From positions 29,263,504 to 29,327,503 of the forward strand of contig OZ037765.1 in assembly GCA_964035545.1 (NCBI GenBank): DNA of 64,000 bases. Direction: 5' to 3'. Shown one piece after another: positions 36,026 through 49,969 of this stretch. Origin of the DNA: Bugula neritina (lineage: Eukaryota; Animalia; Bryozoa). Each line of letters begins with the position of its first letter. Position 1 is the stretch's first letter. Below the pieces are notes generated by a model. That model saw only the letters and a list, made by a program, of their open reading frames with translations, was not told where the DNA came from and ran no database searches. The position numbers and the translations under genes are program-made.

Positions 36026-38403
36026 TTGGAATTGTCTGTTGTCGGTTACTATGGCTACAGTTGAGATTCCTTGTTGCTATGGTTACAGTTATGTTTTTAC
36101 TGCTGGGAATAAAGAGTGTGCTTTTCCAACGCTGTTAAATGTTTATTGCGATAAATGTATATAATTTTGAGAACTATGTTTGGCATAAATTCTGTTTTGA
36201 CTGGATCATGATTCCATGTTGCTATTTATAGTATCCTATCCTTTGCTAATGGTACTATGTACTAATATGTGTCTTACTCAGTGGTGCGTGTAGTTATATT
36301 GCTAGTCTCAGCTAGTCTCAGCGTTCTAATTTTCAGTATTTTCATCTCTATAGTGTATTATCGTAGTTTTCTAATTAATTATAATAATTATTGATCAACT
36401 AATGCGATGAAATGCATTGTTTTATATATTTAGCTCGGGAAATATCAGCTATTAACATTAACGCTAGATGCATGTCTTCAATTTAGCACTTACTCATTCA
36501 ATATAGAGCACTAATGATTATCTATCATAGCTAGTACCATTACGTACTAGTCTACCATATGTTATATTTAATATCAAATTCATTAAAACATAATATTTTT
36601 CTCCTGCTTATTTATTTTACCTAATATATTTTGTGCAATTTCAATAACATTTTGAACTTTGGTAATAAAATTAATTTATCCAGCACTGCATCGTTGGAAC
36701 TGAGCAGTCATTTATAGTATTTCCCTACACTCTTCTTACATTTCATTAGTGGCGGTTCTATTTTATCTATGAGGCCAAGAATTTGGGCTTAAATTAGTTT
36801 ATTCAAGCACTAATTCTCTACGGAGGTTATTTTTAATTCTAGGACCCCTAAGATTTAGTGCTGACCTGTGAACGTATGTAGAGGCAACTTTGCTCTATAA
36901 TAATCATTACTCTGTACGGACATATTACTCTAGTTACAAGAGAACTGATGTAAGCTACACCTCTTGTTCAATTATAGTACGTAGCAAATGATATGTGATG
37001 GGTAGTCAACATTGAGCTGCTATTTATTAACCTGATTAGCTTACTTACATAATGATTTTTCTACTTCCCTACAGTTTAAATGCACTGGTTGATGCAAACT
37101 TGTTTAATGAAATGTGCTCGGCATGAGAGATATATACCTGTATAGACCCTATGCATTCCTCCATCAATCTTGTGCTGTGTTATAGCTATGCATTAATTGA
37201 TGACAACTATAAGTAAATCATGAGAGATAAAATATAATTCAAACCACAAGTTATGCATTTATAAAAGTATATTAAAAGTTGATGATCATGCATAATTAAT
37301 ACATATTGCAAAACAATCAGCAAATAAGTTTGTATTGCAGTTGGAGAAGTTAATAAAATAATGCTATATTTACTCACTAAAAAGTAAAATTAGAATAGAC
37401 AGTTTAAGTTCCAGTTTGTACTTATTATATCCAACATCAGCTGGCAATGAAGTTGAACAATTAATTGGTTCACTATTGGATTACATTAGACCTTATCCTC
37501 AATAATTATATTAGTTGGTTATAATTCCTGCACTGAGCACACTCTATAGTAATAGTGTCTGTTGATTGAGCTTCGTGTCATCACGTGCAAGCAAATGCTG
37601 CTTCTGTCAGAAATAATAAAAGCTTTGTTTATTGTTACTTGCTATCTAATTTTTATACTCAGTTTTCTCTTTTATACCAGTCATTCAGGTTTTCAAAATA
37701 CGCTTCTATTTGCATTTGGGCATACATACACTGTGACGAAATCATTTTCAACGATTTCTAAAAAGGAAAAACTCATCTAAAAATATTAAAATAACTTATT
37801 CTATTTTTGCGCAACTTTTTATAGCTATAGCAAATCTGCCAAAAATAGAATTATTGGTAATATCCTAAAGCTACTGTGTACTGTTTAGTGTATAGTATGG
37901 TAGTGTTAAATCTATTAGATCAAAGGCATTTTTTAAATTTCAACTTTGCTATGTTCCAAGCCAAAGTTCTATTCAGTCATATCTAACCGTCATAAATCCT
38001 AGCCTAAAATACTCAATCCAAAATTTTCTGTGGGAACCCTAAAGTGTTTACGAAGATACTTAGGCTATAAACTAGTTTTGACGTGTGATCTGATCCATCA
38101 ATTAACACAACATTATCAGTATAAAGTTTATAGAGCTCGGCAAAGCCCACCCACTTACAGATTTTCAGCCAATAGTATTCTTATGTTTACACTAGGTATT
38201 ATATTAGAGTGGCATACTTAGCATGCCAGTACTAATGCAGTGTTATTAGCTGGTCAGTAAAGTTGCCGTAGCTGATAGCTCTAACTAAGCTCAAATAAAT
38301 TTACTATTTTATATTATTTGTAAGCTTTCTGGAATATACTGTTTTCTTCCATTAGCCAACAGATTGAACACATTGAAAAGGTAGTGTACTAGAAAGACTT
38401 ATC

Positions 38404-41400
38404 ATGGATAAATCCAAGAGGAGACAGCTATATACCAGAGATTCTACAGCACAGCTGATGGCTCTGGGTTGTGAGTAAGATTTCATTACTAACTAATTTA
38501 AACACCCCCCCCCCCTCCCCCCAACAATAAACCTCTTTTAAACTTTGTACCAAAGCAGCTAAAACATGAGAGTAAATACTAGGAGTTTACGAAGTTACTT
38601 TAACCTAGCCTTAATTTCCAAATTGTAGCATTTTGACATGTAATGACAGGCCAGTGGTTGTTTGCTGTATCTTTTGTCTTCAGTTGGCAATGTCTCTTTA
38701 GTTTGGCATGGTTGCTGCAACAGCTTTTCTGGGATTTTCATATCTTTTACTTGAAACTTCAACATTTACATTTTTCCATGGTGAAACAAGAGAATTCATA
38801 CATTTCAGGTTTTAGTCTCAAGTTCAAATTTTAATTGAAACCGAACTTCAATAATAATGTATGTTGGTGGCTTTTTGATGTCGTTAAATACTGAGTTAAA
38901 AGAACTATGTAAATAACTATGAACACTTATATTAATACATCATCACATGTCACCTAGGATTTATACAACTCACCAGTCAATTAGTAGTAAACGCAAACTC
39001 AGATCCTTTTTGAGTCAATTATGGTTGCACTTACATTCAAAGCTGATCTATTTCTAATCTGGCCCTATTCAAACTGCCAAATTAGTAAAAGTTGATTCAT
39101 ATCAAAGTCATGCTGTCCTGAAGTTTTGTGCTCACTATAGATCAAACATTATGCTGGCATGATTTGTTGAATAATGACTAGACTAGCTATAATAAGTGTA
39201 CCAACATGTCTAAAGTGATAAAGAAGAAATAAATGAAAGCTTAGAATGGTGTGAAAGTACCAGTTATATTTTTTTAGCTTCTGGGATAACAGATGAAAGA
39301 AGTGAGATAGGCACAGTCATGTTGCTGAAAGACATCAGTGAAAGTAAATCAACCAGATTTCACTGTGACTGTGAGCATGTGAAGGATAGTGAACAGCTCA
39401 TTCCCAGGTAGTAAAACATAACATTCAATAACACAAATAAAACCACAGCTTATATGCAAATGAGCACACTACGCCATATTTTATACTTTGTTTTCTCTGA
39501 TAAAGGGAAGACAACTTTTTTAGTTACGATCAGCTTCAAAATTTTTCAGTTCATGTTATAAAGGCACAAAAAGCAGAATTTCATAATTTATGAAACCTTT
39601 TTTTATAAATTAAGCTATTAAAATAATGAAATGTTATATTGCTATAACTATTTCAATGCGAATAATACTAATACTGGACTAGTGCCATGATGCCAAAATT
39701 TGACACCAGCAATTTGTTTGCTTTCTAATTATAAGGTACCCATTATAAGGTGGCTGTTTAAAAACTATTTTAGCTCGTCTCAGTTAATTAATTTGCACCT
39801 GCGGACAATGCAGCCAGGGACGATAGTTTTATGGTCTTTCTTGCTATTTAATTTATGTAGTATGCCACTAGTACATAAGTTGTTAATAAAGGAGATTCTC
39901 CATATACTGTATATGGGAAACACTGTATAGACATTGGAGTTGATATACAACATATAATATATGTGTTGCTTTTGGGTTTTGGACATGTATGAGCAATCAA
40001 TGGCACATATTATTATTGTTGTGTTTGATGCATATATATTGTATGAGTGGCCCAATCCCTAGTTGGAAACTTGAGTAACCGGCATTTTATACATTCATTC
40101 TTGTTCATAATAAAATTTCAATTTTCATCATCTCCATACCTTGCTTACCTATTGCATTAGCTGAGGCATTTTTGTATTTAAAACTTTTGTTCAAACACCA
40201 ATTTCCAAGTGTTTTTGAAAGAATATTTACAAGTTTAGTCGGTTATACCCCTAAATGTGTTTAAACTCTACCTGCCAAAATTTTTCACTTCATATGTATG
40301 TTGATTTAGCTACCTTGTGGTAACAGAGAAATACTTGTACGTGCTTCGAATGACCGAGCAAGAAAACAGGTACATTGTCAAGTTGCGGAGACAAATCAGC
40401 ACCATCATGAAGATCACGAAGAAGGCTAGAGCGCCAGACGTAATCAAAATAGAATATGGTTCACGGGACCAGACAGACACACACATAACTGACACAGACA
40501 AGTTCAGAATTCCTAAGAAAGCAGGTAAATTGAGTTCTTATCTATATTATTTACCTGCTTGCTATGTTGTTATGAAGAATAATGGCTGGTAAGGAAGTAA
40601 AATAGTGGGCTCATTACACACTAGATGTTTAAACTGCCTATTGTACAATGAAATAAGCATTTTAAGTTGTGCTTGCACTCTGCAAACTATTAAAGCTATT
40701 TGTGGCAGAGGATTATATATATGTGGCAGATAAATTATATTATGGTAATTTAGCTACATGCTATGTAATATTCATGAAGAAAATGATATGCCAATAACTG
40801 GGTTGGCTGTAACGGTTTAAACTTTACTACCAACTGGCGGACGATTTTTTAATTCTTTTTGTATTCGTTTGCTCATTACATTTCAGTATTTAACTAGGTA
40901 GTTGTGTATGTTGTGTTAGTATTACAGATTAGATATCAGTTGATAGTGTGAGTAGAGTTGGCTACAAAAACTAATATTTATGCACATGGAGTTGTCAGAT
41001 CAATGAAGGTTCTTGATCTAAGCAATTTACTAGATTGGAAGAGACTAGAAAATAGGTTAAACCAAACCAGCACCTACAAATTTACCAGTAGATACTATAA
41101 AGATACACACATGCTTCCAGACATATAGACTCAGAGTTGTAATTCTATCAGATTCCTTCGGTCATGTAGGAAAAGCCGGAAACATAAGTTCTACAATGGT
41201 TTAAGCTTATGCCAGTTTGCTGCTAGTTATGAAATGTAATAGACTATTAGTATAAGCTACCCCACTTTTCTCTTCTGCTGCTATAAAAAGTCACAGGAAC
41301 AGTAGTATGCTTAGGCAACTGACTGCCTACCACCTGGCAGACATATAATATGATAATATTACAGACCATAATATATGTATGTGCTGTGTGTCATATTTTA

Positions 41401-44014
41401 GTTGACTGAATTTATCCATATATACTTTCAAAAATCAAAGTTGAAGTAAACTTTTTATATGATATATAACTCTCTGAAAGTTAGACTGCACAAGTTACGG
41501 AAATGGCATCATGTTACTATAGTTATTATATTTTATTTCCTAAATTGAAAATGACCAAAATCATTCTATTTTATAGTTAGGCAAAATGATTTTTCGAAAA
41601 TAATAAGCTTTAGCTATAGTAAGTATATGTGTAAGGCAATTTATTGGCGCCTTACATGTTTAATGAGTTTATAATATAAAAGTATGGCTTGCAATAATAT
41701 TTTTGTCTAGTCTTTGTGAGAAAATACTGCCTTACTTACTTACCTTTACACTCCGTGTAGCCAATTAAACCTACATTTCCCTAACTATTATTACATATTA
41801 ATTGCAATAGCAAAGCCTCTTAATTGCAAAATACCCTACTGGGTACACACTTCTGTTGTTTTACAACATTTTGCAAGTAGTCATACGTGTTGCAATTGGC
41901 AAAGATAATTTGTATTTCTAAGGGATGATTATTGCATATTGAAATAAAAAAATTATGAGGGTTTTACTGATTTGCATTACTAATCACTGTTTTAGCTTTA
42001 TTGCTTCTGTGCTGCACAGTATAGGCGTAAACTGGGCCATAAAGCTATTAATACAGGCTGCGTGCTATAATATATAAAGTATATAAAATATTCCAGAACT
42101 GTGCACCTAATGATGAACTGAACTTCTAATATTTGCAATAGGAAGTAAAAAACCTCTTGTTAGTCTAAAATCTTGGCAGCTGCTTAATAAAAATGTATTA
42201 CAAAAATCAAAGGTGGTAACTTGTGACTAAACAGTTTGACTGTTATAGCTCTGGTATTTAATTAGGTCACTTATATAGGTTGAATTACTGAGGCAACAGG
42301 TAATACATGCTGATGAGTGACCGTACATTTATGTAGTTTGTATGGTGTGTATATACATGCTGGCTTATAGTAAACTATTTCGGTTAGTTGGGTGGAGTCA
42401 TAGTATACCTACTAGTTCCAAGAACTACCAGTAAAAAGCGGCTAATCATTAAAGTATTTTAGGCATACCTGAGATGATAAATTACCAATTGCCTGATAAA
42501 TTAACCTGGCATAAAGTTTAAAATATGTTTAATATTGTATTGTGATAAACGAGAACTGCAACTGAAGCCTTACTATATTCAGTTCAAAGTGTTTTAGAGC
42601 CACTTGAAGCAAAATTTTGTTGAAAAATCTTGAACAGCAGGGACGGCTGTAGCTATATTTCTAAGAGGGCTGTGTTGAGTGTACATACTACAAAATACTG
42701 CCCTGGCTTACACAATCAGTTTCCTTTACTGTTTTAGCAAATGATAGAGCTGGTAACTACAAGTTATGCTGCTTGGGGTTTCTGGAAATGTTTAACACTG
42801 AAAACCAGCCGAAAGCAGTAGACATCTGTACAATGCTACAATACTATCATAAACTACTATAAAAAATACAAGATGAGTAATTTGACCGAAATGTTTTTCA
42901 AACAAACCAACAGAACTATTGTTCCCTATAAGCTGCATGGAATACAAACCAATACTTATGTCAGAGTGTACTGAGTATGCTTTAATATTTTGCGATCATA
43001 ATAATACCACGGGCGCGGTTATATTTAGCTACTATTGTATCTCAGGGCTATAAAATAGTACGGTGTTAGTACAATGACTGACTTTTCCGTAAAAGCAGAA
43101 AAGCAAAGCCTTGTACGCATTCCTTGACTACTACAGCAAAAATACTACCTTTATGATCTAATCGATAGGCTAGTTTTAGGTTATTTGGTGCAAACTGGTT
43201 TAGACTACTTACTGGAGAAAAATGGTAAAACTATGCTATAGTGCAGTTTATTATTAGTCAAGTAAAGTAAGTAACAGATTAGAGTAAAAACTTAGCATTA
43301 ATTACCACACCATTTTAGAAAATGCACACTATGCATGATGAAATTTATGCTTCCAAATATTAAAGTTTTGCTGGTGAATACAAAACATCTGCCAAGTCAA
43401 TCTAGGCAAACAGTATTATTAGGATAAAAATTACAAAAAAACGTTTAGCTATTATATTATAATTATTTTCAAAAGTTTATTTGAAGCCTATGACCATAGC
43501 AGAATAATTTAGATCCCCATAGACTTGCCTGCATATGAGAGTGGGTGCACAGAATGTATCATTGATATTATTGAAACCAAAACAGTATTTCATGCATATA
43601 CCAACTGTTGGTTAAATAAATATTTGTAGTGATATATTAAATTGCATACTCTGGCTACAGATATTCAGGATTAGTTCGAATTTTGAAATAAAATTTTAAC
43701 AAAGCTGTTTGGTTTAGTTAAACATAACAGTGCAGCTTTAAAACCTATTTTCTTATTGGCTCAAGTGATATTGTTAGAATCTATATATGACTAGACAGTT
43801 ACTGAGCTCTTAAAATTGTGACAAATAATAATTTACACACACTTGCATACTTCTCTGTCAACCTAATATAGTATTTCAGTAAATTATAACCATCAAAACT
43901 TGATGTACATATAAAATTGAACTGAAAATGCTTTGATTTGTTATTTTAGATACGTTCATTCACGTCCTAAAAGGTATAAGAAGTTCTCCCTCTCCAACGA
44001 GAAGCAGTACCTGA
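38404..44014 (+). CDS. Stand-alone paralog of the TBC1D23 C-terminal PH-like domain, 158 aa. Exons 38404-38470, 39278-39407, 40310-40524, 43950-44014
   Basis: Four GT-AG exons (67+130+215+65 = 477 nt) join into an open frame: MDKSKRRQLYTRDSTAQLMALGSSGITDERSEIGTVMLLKDISESKSTRFHCDCEHVKDSEQLIPSYLVVTEKYLYVLRMTEQENRYIVKLRRQISTIMKITKKARAPDVIKIEYGSRDQTDTHITDTDKFRIPKKADTFIHVLKGIRSSPSPTRSST*. Exon 3 is 215 nt, the same as TBC1D23 exon 15, with the same phases. AATAAA at 44073. The first and last exons are less certain. Confidence 0.78.
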
Positions 44015-45977
44015 GGTGAAGTTAATGTCAACCAGATATTATTAGTACATTAATTTTCTTCATGCTGTGTACAATAAAATACATGTGAATACAATTCCAA
44101 AAAATTGAATTATTAAGCATTATTTTACTATGGTATTGATTTAATATTACCAATCTCCATTACAATCATAATCGATGACTTTAAATAAACGTAGCTTATT
44201 TCATTAAAAATTAGAAAAATATAATTTATATACTAGTTTATTATTTTTACAGATTTTATGATATTTTTCTTACCCCAAAATAAATAATGACATAATGCCT
44301 AATTTTAGATAACAAACAATTTTTTTAGGAAGTTTTCATCTTTTGCCCATTATATGATATTAAAATTTTCTGTAGTTATTTCCTGTATAACTATTTTTAG
44401 TTTGTAGAATATTACTAGAATAATATTTTTATAATAAAACAACAGCATGAACTATATTTTTATTAGTCTGATTATTATGTAATTCTTTTCAAACTCACCC
44501 TAGGTCAACAAAATTGTTGCTCTTTCATGTTGCACAAAAACGTTTTGGTACTGCTGTAAATGAAAATGCATTTTTTTTTATAATAATATTATGTAAATCA
44601 AAAAATAAAATTTTCATTAATAAAGCCTATATTGCAACAATCTGATTTTATTTTACTTTTTTGCACATTTTATCATCTGAGCAGAATGTTGAAAATTTAA
44701 AACAGTATTGTAATAATTATTACATCAACGTCTTGAAACAATCATATAGCCACATCTTCTTTACTATAAAATTATTTGACCAGTTTCAAAAATAGCAATG
44801 TTTTTTAAGAGTGGAAGCCGGTGTTTTGGTTTATGTGTATGGCAAAGCTCAACAGCTTTGAACCACAAATATATCGATATACAAAAGCTATATTGTGTGT
44901 TAGCTCGCTGTTTTTTCAAAAATCATACTAGCAGTAACATACAAATTTCCTACAAATATGGCATTTTAAGAATTTTAGTTCTTAGAAGTAATGCATTTCA
45001 TCATAAAGGAGTATTATCATTCTCCAGTATAGACAGAACAGCCCAGAGCATTTTGATGAAAAACATGGTTTTTTGTTGAGTATTTGAATTTAGAGTAAAG
45101 TCTCAAAAAGTCCAGTGATATTACATGGTTAAGGTATAGCCTTTGATAGCTGATGTATATACACATATACTATGCTCAAAGTCTCAGCACAGTATTCAAG
45201 TTCCCAAACTATAAAACTGTGTACACAGATACACAGCTGAGTAACGGTTGAAACTCAAAGCAAAATGTGAATGAATAATTTTTATTTTTATAAAATCATA
45301 TTAATTTACATATAATATTTATCAGGAGTTCACAACCAGTAGCATGTAAATAAGAATCAAACATATGTGATTACCTTCACGCTGACAAAAATACTAAAAC
45401 ATTAAAGTTCAATTATATTAAACTGATTCCCACTAATCAAAATGGAGAAAGACGTAATTCTGATCACATATACAAAACAAGCTACAACATCTTCAACTGT
45501 CTGTAATGATATGAAAAACTGAGGTCTTTGAAACTGTTACACTAGCTTATGCACTGATCAGGAATTTAACCAAGAGTACAAAAATCATGTTATTAGCAAC
45601 ACCATTGGTGGCTATGATGTAAAATCTTCTATGACTCTTGACGGATGAACAGGAAATTAAGTAGCACGACCATCGATAAAGTCATATAATACAGATTTTG
45701 ATTTTGGTTGTATAGCAGCATTTCATGTAAAAACACACATTAAAATGTATAAACATTTAATAAATTTAATAGATAAATAAAAGGTTTTGTTATAAAACTA
45801 AATTTCATCACACAATTATTATAAGTAAAGTATTGACACGTATAGAGAAACTGAGCGGAACATCTACTCAATGATTATACTGAGTATACCAATAGAAAAA
45901 TAATGCAACTAGCAAGAGAACAATTCTGAACTACTATCAGTACTGACAGTCCAAGCTAAACTTGCAGACATGAAATT

Positions 45978-48900
45978 TCAGCAGCACTTCTTCTTAGGCC
46001 GAGTCTCAGTTTTAGGAGGAATGGGCGAGTCATTGGATACTTTATCGTGCAGCTGTATTGAATCTCTAAGTTTCTTAATCCTGTAGTGATCAGACAGAGT
46101 GGAGAGACATTTCTCAAATATACTCTCAAACGTTTCCGCAACTCCTTCTCCTGTTTTACTGGATGTTTCAAAAAATGGAATGGAAACGTTTCCGCCTTGT
46201 GACAATAATTCTGAGTTGATGTCTACAGAAAACTGACGGGCTTCCTGCGCATGAACCGCTCTCTTTTCTTCTCCAGACTCCACGAGATCCAGTTTAGTAC
46301 CGACAACCATTTTTAAACAATTACTTTCTGGAAGCAAGGATAGAAATCGAGACCTACAAGAGCCATTGTAAAATAACAGTAGATAGAAACTGATGGGTGA
46401 CAGCATGTAGGGGAAGAGAATTTCAACATCAAGTGCTACAAAGGATATTTTCTCACTTATCCAATTGTAACCCTGTACAAAAACCTGTACAAGGCAGCTT
46501 AACTGTTATCAGCACATCTTAAAATAACTAGCTTATTTAACCTCAAAAGCATATCAGTTTAAAACTTTTTCATATAAAAAATGTTCTCAGAAAAACTAAT
46601 AGACAGGTTTACCGAAGTTCTTCAAAGCTGTGTCGATCAGATATTTGATAAGCCATAATGGCCGCCCCTGCATCTCTACAGTAAAAAGTACTCAAGCCGG
46701 CAAATCTCTCCTCTCCAGCAGTATCCTAGTACATGCAGATATACTACACAGTATCCTAGTACATGCAGATATACTATACAGTATACTAGTGCATAAAGAT
46801 ATACTATACAGTATACTAGTACATACATATATACTATACAGTATACTATACAGTATAATAGTACATACAGATACAACATATCACAGTGATATGGGCCATC
46901 AGTCTTCAAGTGAAAAGCTTAAAATTAAAAACTCATAACAAAAGTTAATTGATCCCACAGATCAAACCATGACCAAATAAAAGCTAAAATACAACTGCAT
47001 GTAAATTTAACTCCAGTAAATTTTGGCTCAACAAATTTTACTCTTCTCTTAAAAACACAGTGAAGCCAGTGTAGTGGCAACAGACATTACTTAGAAAACA
47101 TTATGGCAAAGATATTTTTCTAAAAATGCATGAACATGTGCCTGTAAAAATGTATGTACCATCCCACTGAACTGGTTTTATGCAATCCTTAGCCTTGCCA
47201 AATTTCTAAAATGAAACCTAGATTTTCCCACAAAATATTCAGCATTGTGTATATGTCATACGCTTAAAACTCATCCCTGCGTTATACATCATAAACACTT
47301 TAGTTTCAAAAATGGCAGACTCAAAAAACAGAAGCCTTTGGTTTTTTGGTCATTAGATTTTACATTGTTACAAAAACAGCAAACACATTATCAGTGTAAT
47401 AATTTTTGCTTAGCCATTATTAACAGTAACTTTAGTTTTTTAAAACCTACTTTACTACCTTTAAATTTGAGTATCATATACTATGCTACAAGACAGTAAA
47501 ACTAGTAGATATATGAATCTGAGCAATAATTCCTAACATTCATCAATAGAAATTAACTGTTGAAAACCCCAAAAAGGGAGACAAATCTAAAAATTGGAAG
47601 ACACTCGACAATAAATAAATTTAACGCTTATATAATATGAACCAATGAATTAAAACTGATATTTCGATATTTCAATGATATTAATTACTTCATAGAACAC
47701 ACAAAATACACCTTAACACTAAACTCCTTGTCTTTGTTAATGTTAAAAGTAGCAAACCGCATAAGTTGTAATTTTTTTACTAAAATACAATTGACATGAG
47801 AATAATATCCTGTGAGGAACTTCAGAAATGCATAGCAATAAACTTACCCAAATGGCGACATTATACGGACCCCATTGCTTCAGGAAGAATGATGCCCCTA
47901 GAGTCTGCACAATAAAAAATCAAGCAAATTTTCACCAAAATATGTAAGAAATGGTTCAAAAAGATATCTGAGCTAAAGGGTATAACCATTTGTGATGACG
48001 CAATGCACTTATATTGCTTAAATTATTCGTATGTCATGCACAGCCTTTATACTAAATGCATTATGAAAAACTATCACTGAAGTTGTGTATGTGTGCTCAA
48101 GTTTGCTTTTAGTGAATTAATAATTCAAGTGTTGAAATAAGTGAAATAGTTTGGAGAATGCATAAAACATGGTGCACAAGATAAGTGAAATTTTACTTAC
48201 AGTAGCGATGTTCGAGTCAAACGAGTCGTTGATATATCGAGTTATAAAACATGTTTTACCAACATCCGCAGATCCTACCAACACTACTTTTAAATCTCTA
48301 CAACAAACAAGGTTCAAGCAACGATAATGAGTGGCGATGAATACTTATGTATTTAAAAATTTGAAAGGTGGTAGATAGACCAAGATAAAAATTACTAACA
48401 ATATTCTTTTATTAAGAGAGCAGTTGAAAAATAATAACTGTACTTTTAAGCTGGGAAGCCTTGCAGTATTCAACTTTGAGTATCACACAATCAATTTGAA
48501 TTAGATGCTTCGAACATTATGACTGTGAGTGACTAGTAGCCAACATTTATAACATTTGTTTGCAATATTGTACTAAAATGAAAAATTATAAATGTTATTC
48601 TCAGTAAAGACTTCATCACTTGTCAGCCAGTTTCAATTTTTATCGTAATATTATTATTGGCGTAAATTATTGAATATTAACAATCCCAACTTTTGAATGT
48701 TTAATATTTTAATAGGCAGTAACTTTAATTCTTGAGATTTGTTGTAAAGTAAGTAAATTTGTTTTCTAACTTAGTGGCTAACAATATTTAGCATCAGCTC
48801 TATAGTGTCTCGGTCACTGAACTTGATGGTATTGTCATCAGCAAGTGAGTTGCTATCTTGAATTGTTCAAGACGCATGTTGAAAATTTATTTTAAAACCA

Positions 48901-49060
48901 ATATGCTTGAGTATACTACTCTGATGTTGTATTTAGCAGATAGCAAAGATATATGTGAATAAATTTATACTGCATAAATCTAATGTGTCACAGTTTTTAA
49001 ACATCTAAAGAAATGTTTCGATACTTACGCCTTTTTCTTTGTTGGTTGATTTTCAGCCAT
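45978..49060 (-). CDS. RAB20: Rab20-like small GTPase. Exons 49060-49029, 48297-48201, 47904-47848, 46725-46613, 46353-45978
   Basis: P-loop GSADVGKT; TLGASFFLKQWGPYNVAIWDTAGEERFAGLSTFYCR (the LKQW..YN..IWDTAG signature is Rab20-type); GTKLD; FFETSSKTG; C-terminal CC prenylation motif. Confidence 0.85.
46719..46875 (-). repeat. 30-bp minisatellite overlapping the Rab20 exon 4 acceptor
   Basis: CAGTATCCTAGTACATGCAGATATACTACA x ~5, decaying away from the exon. Confidence 0.88.
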
Positions 49061-49969
49061 CACTGTAATGTGCTTCAAAACACTGTAGAGATAGTAAAGT
49101 AAAAATAATATAACATGCATACCACATTAAACAAATGCAGATGGCTTTCTTGTAGAGCTATTACCACAAATATTTAACCAATAAGTAATCAGTAAACATT
49201 TGTATATCATTAGTAGAACAATTTATTTTAAACTGAGTTTACAACCCATTGATAATATTAGGCTTCAGAAGCAAATAAGACTGTTTTGAGAATTTAATAA
49301 CTAGAGTGACACACTCGTACACAACAGGAGTAATTAGAATGCATGTCTCTGTTTGCCAGGTAGTTTAGCAAACCTCAAGCTTATAACTCAATCTATAGTA
49401 TCATCACTAGACACTATTTGAAACAAATAATCTCTAACACCAACCAGTTTCAACCATTTATTACAATTCAAGAAACAGCAAGCAGTATTGGTAAAGTTTG
49501 AAGTTTTGCTAAAATTGAACAGTCTTTGCAAAATAGCTAGAGAGCTTGAGATTTGGATTTCTTGTAAAAATGGTGAACATAGATTGGTGTTTTATTCAAA
49601 TTGGGCCAGGTGAAAAGGCTATAGACTGGGTTATAAACTTGAGATTTACTAGACCTACCTGGCACACATAAAATGCATCAAAATTAGTGTTGTCGAGTCT
49701 AGTTTTAATACTGATTTAACTGGAATTTTGACACCAAGGTACTCCTTCACTGAATGCCATGACCCTAAGCAACATATTGTATTTATCTTCACTTACAGTA
49801 CAACAATCAGCATCACTTTGAATATCAATATAAATATCCCACTAGTCGCTTATTCTTAGCTATAACTATCAAATATGAGACTGACTCAGTCAAAGTGACT
49901 AAAATTTCAAATATGAAACAAAGGTTAACTAACTTTTCAATAACTTGCAGCTTACTCGTACAAGTATAG

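Noticed and set aside
46719-46875. CRISPR-like array (30-bp repeats)
   Set aside because: No unique spacers, eukaryotic intron context and no cas genes.
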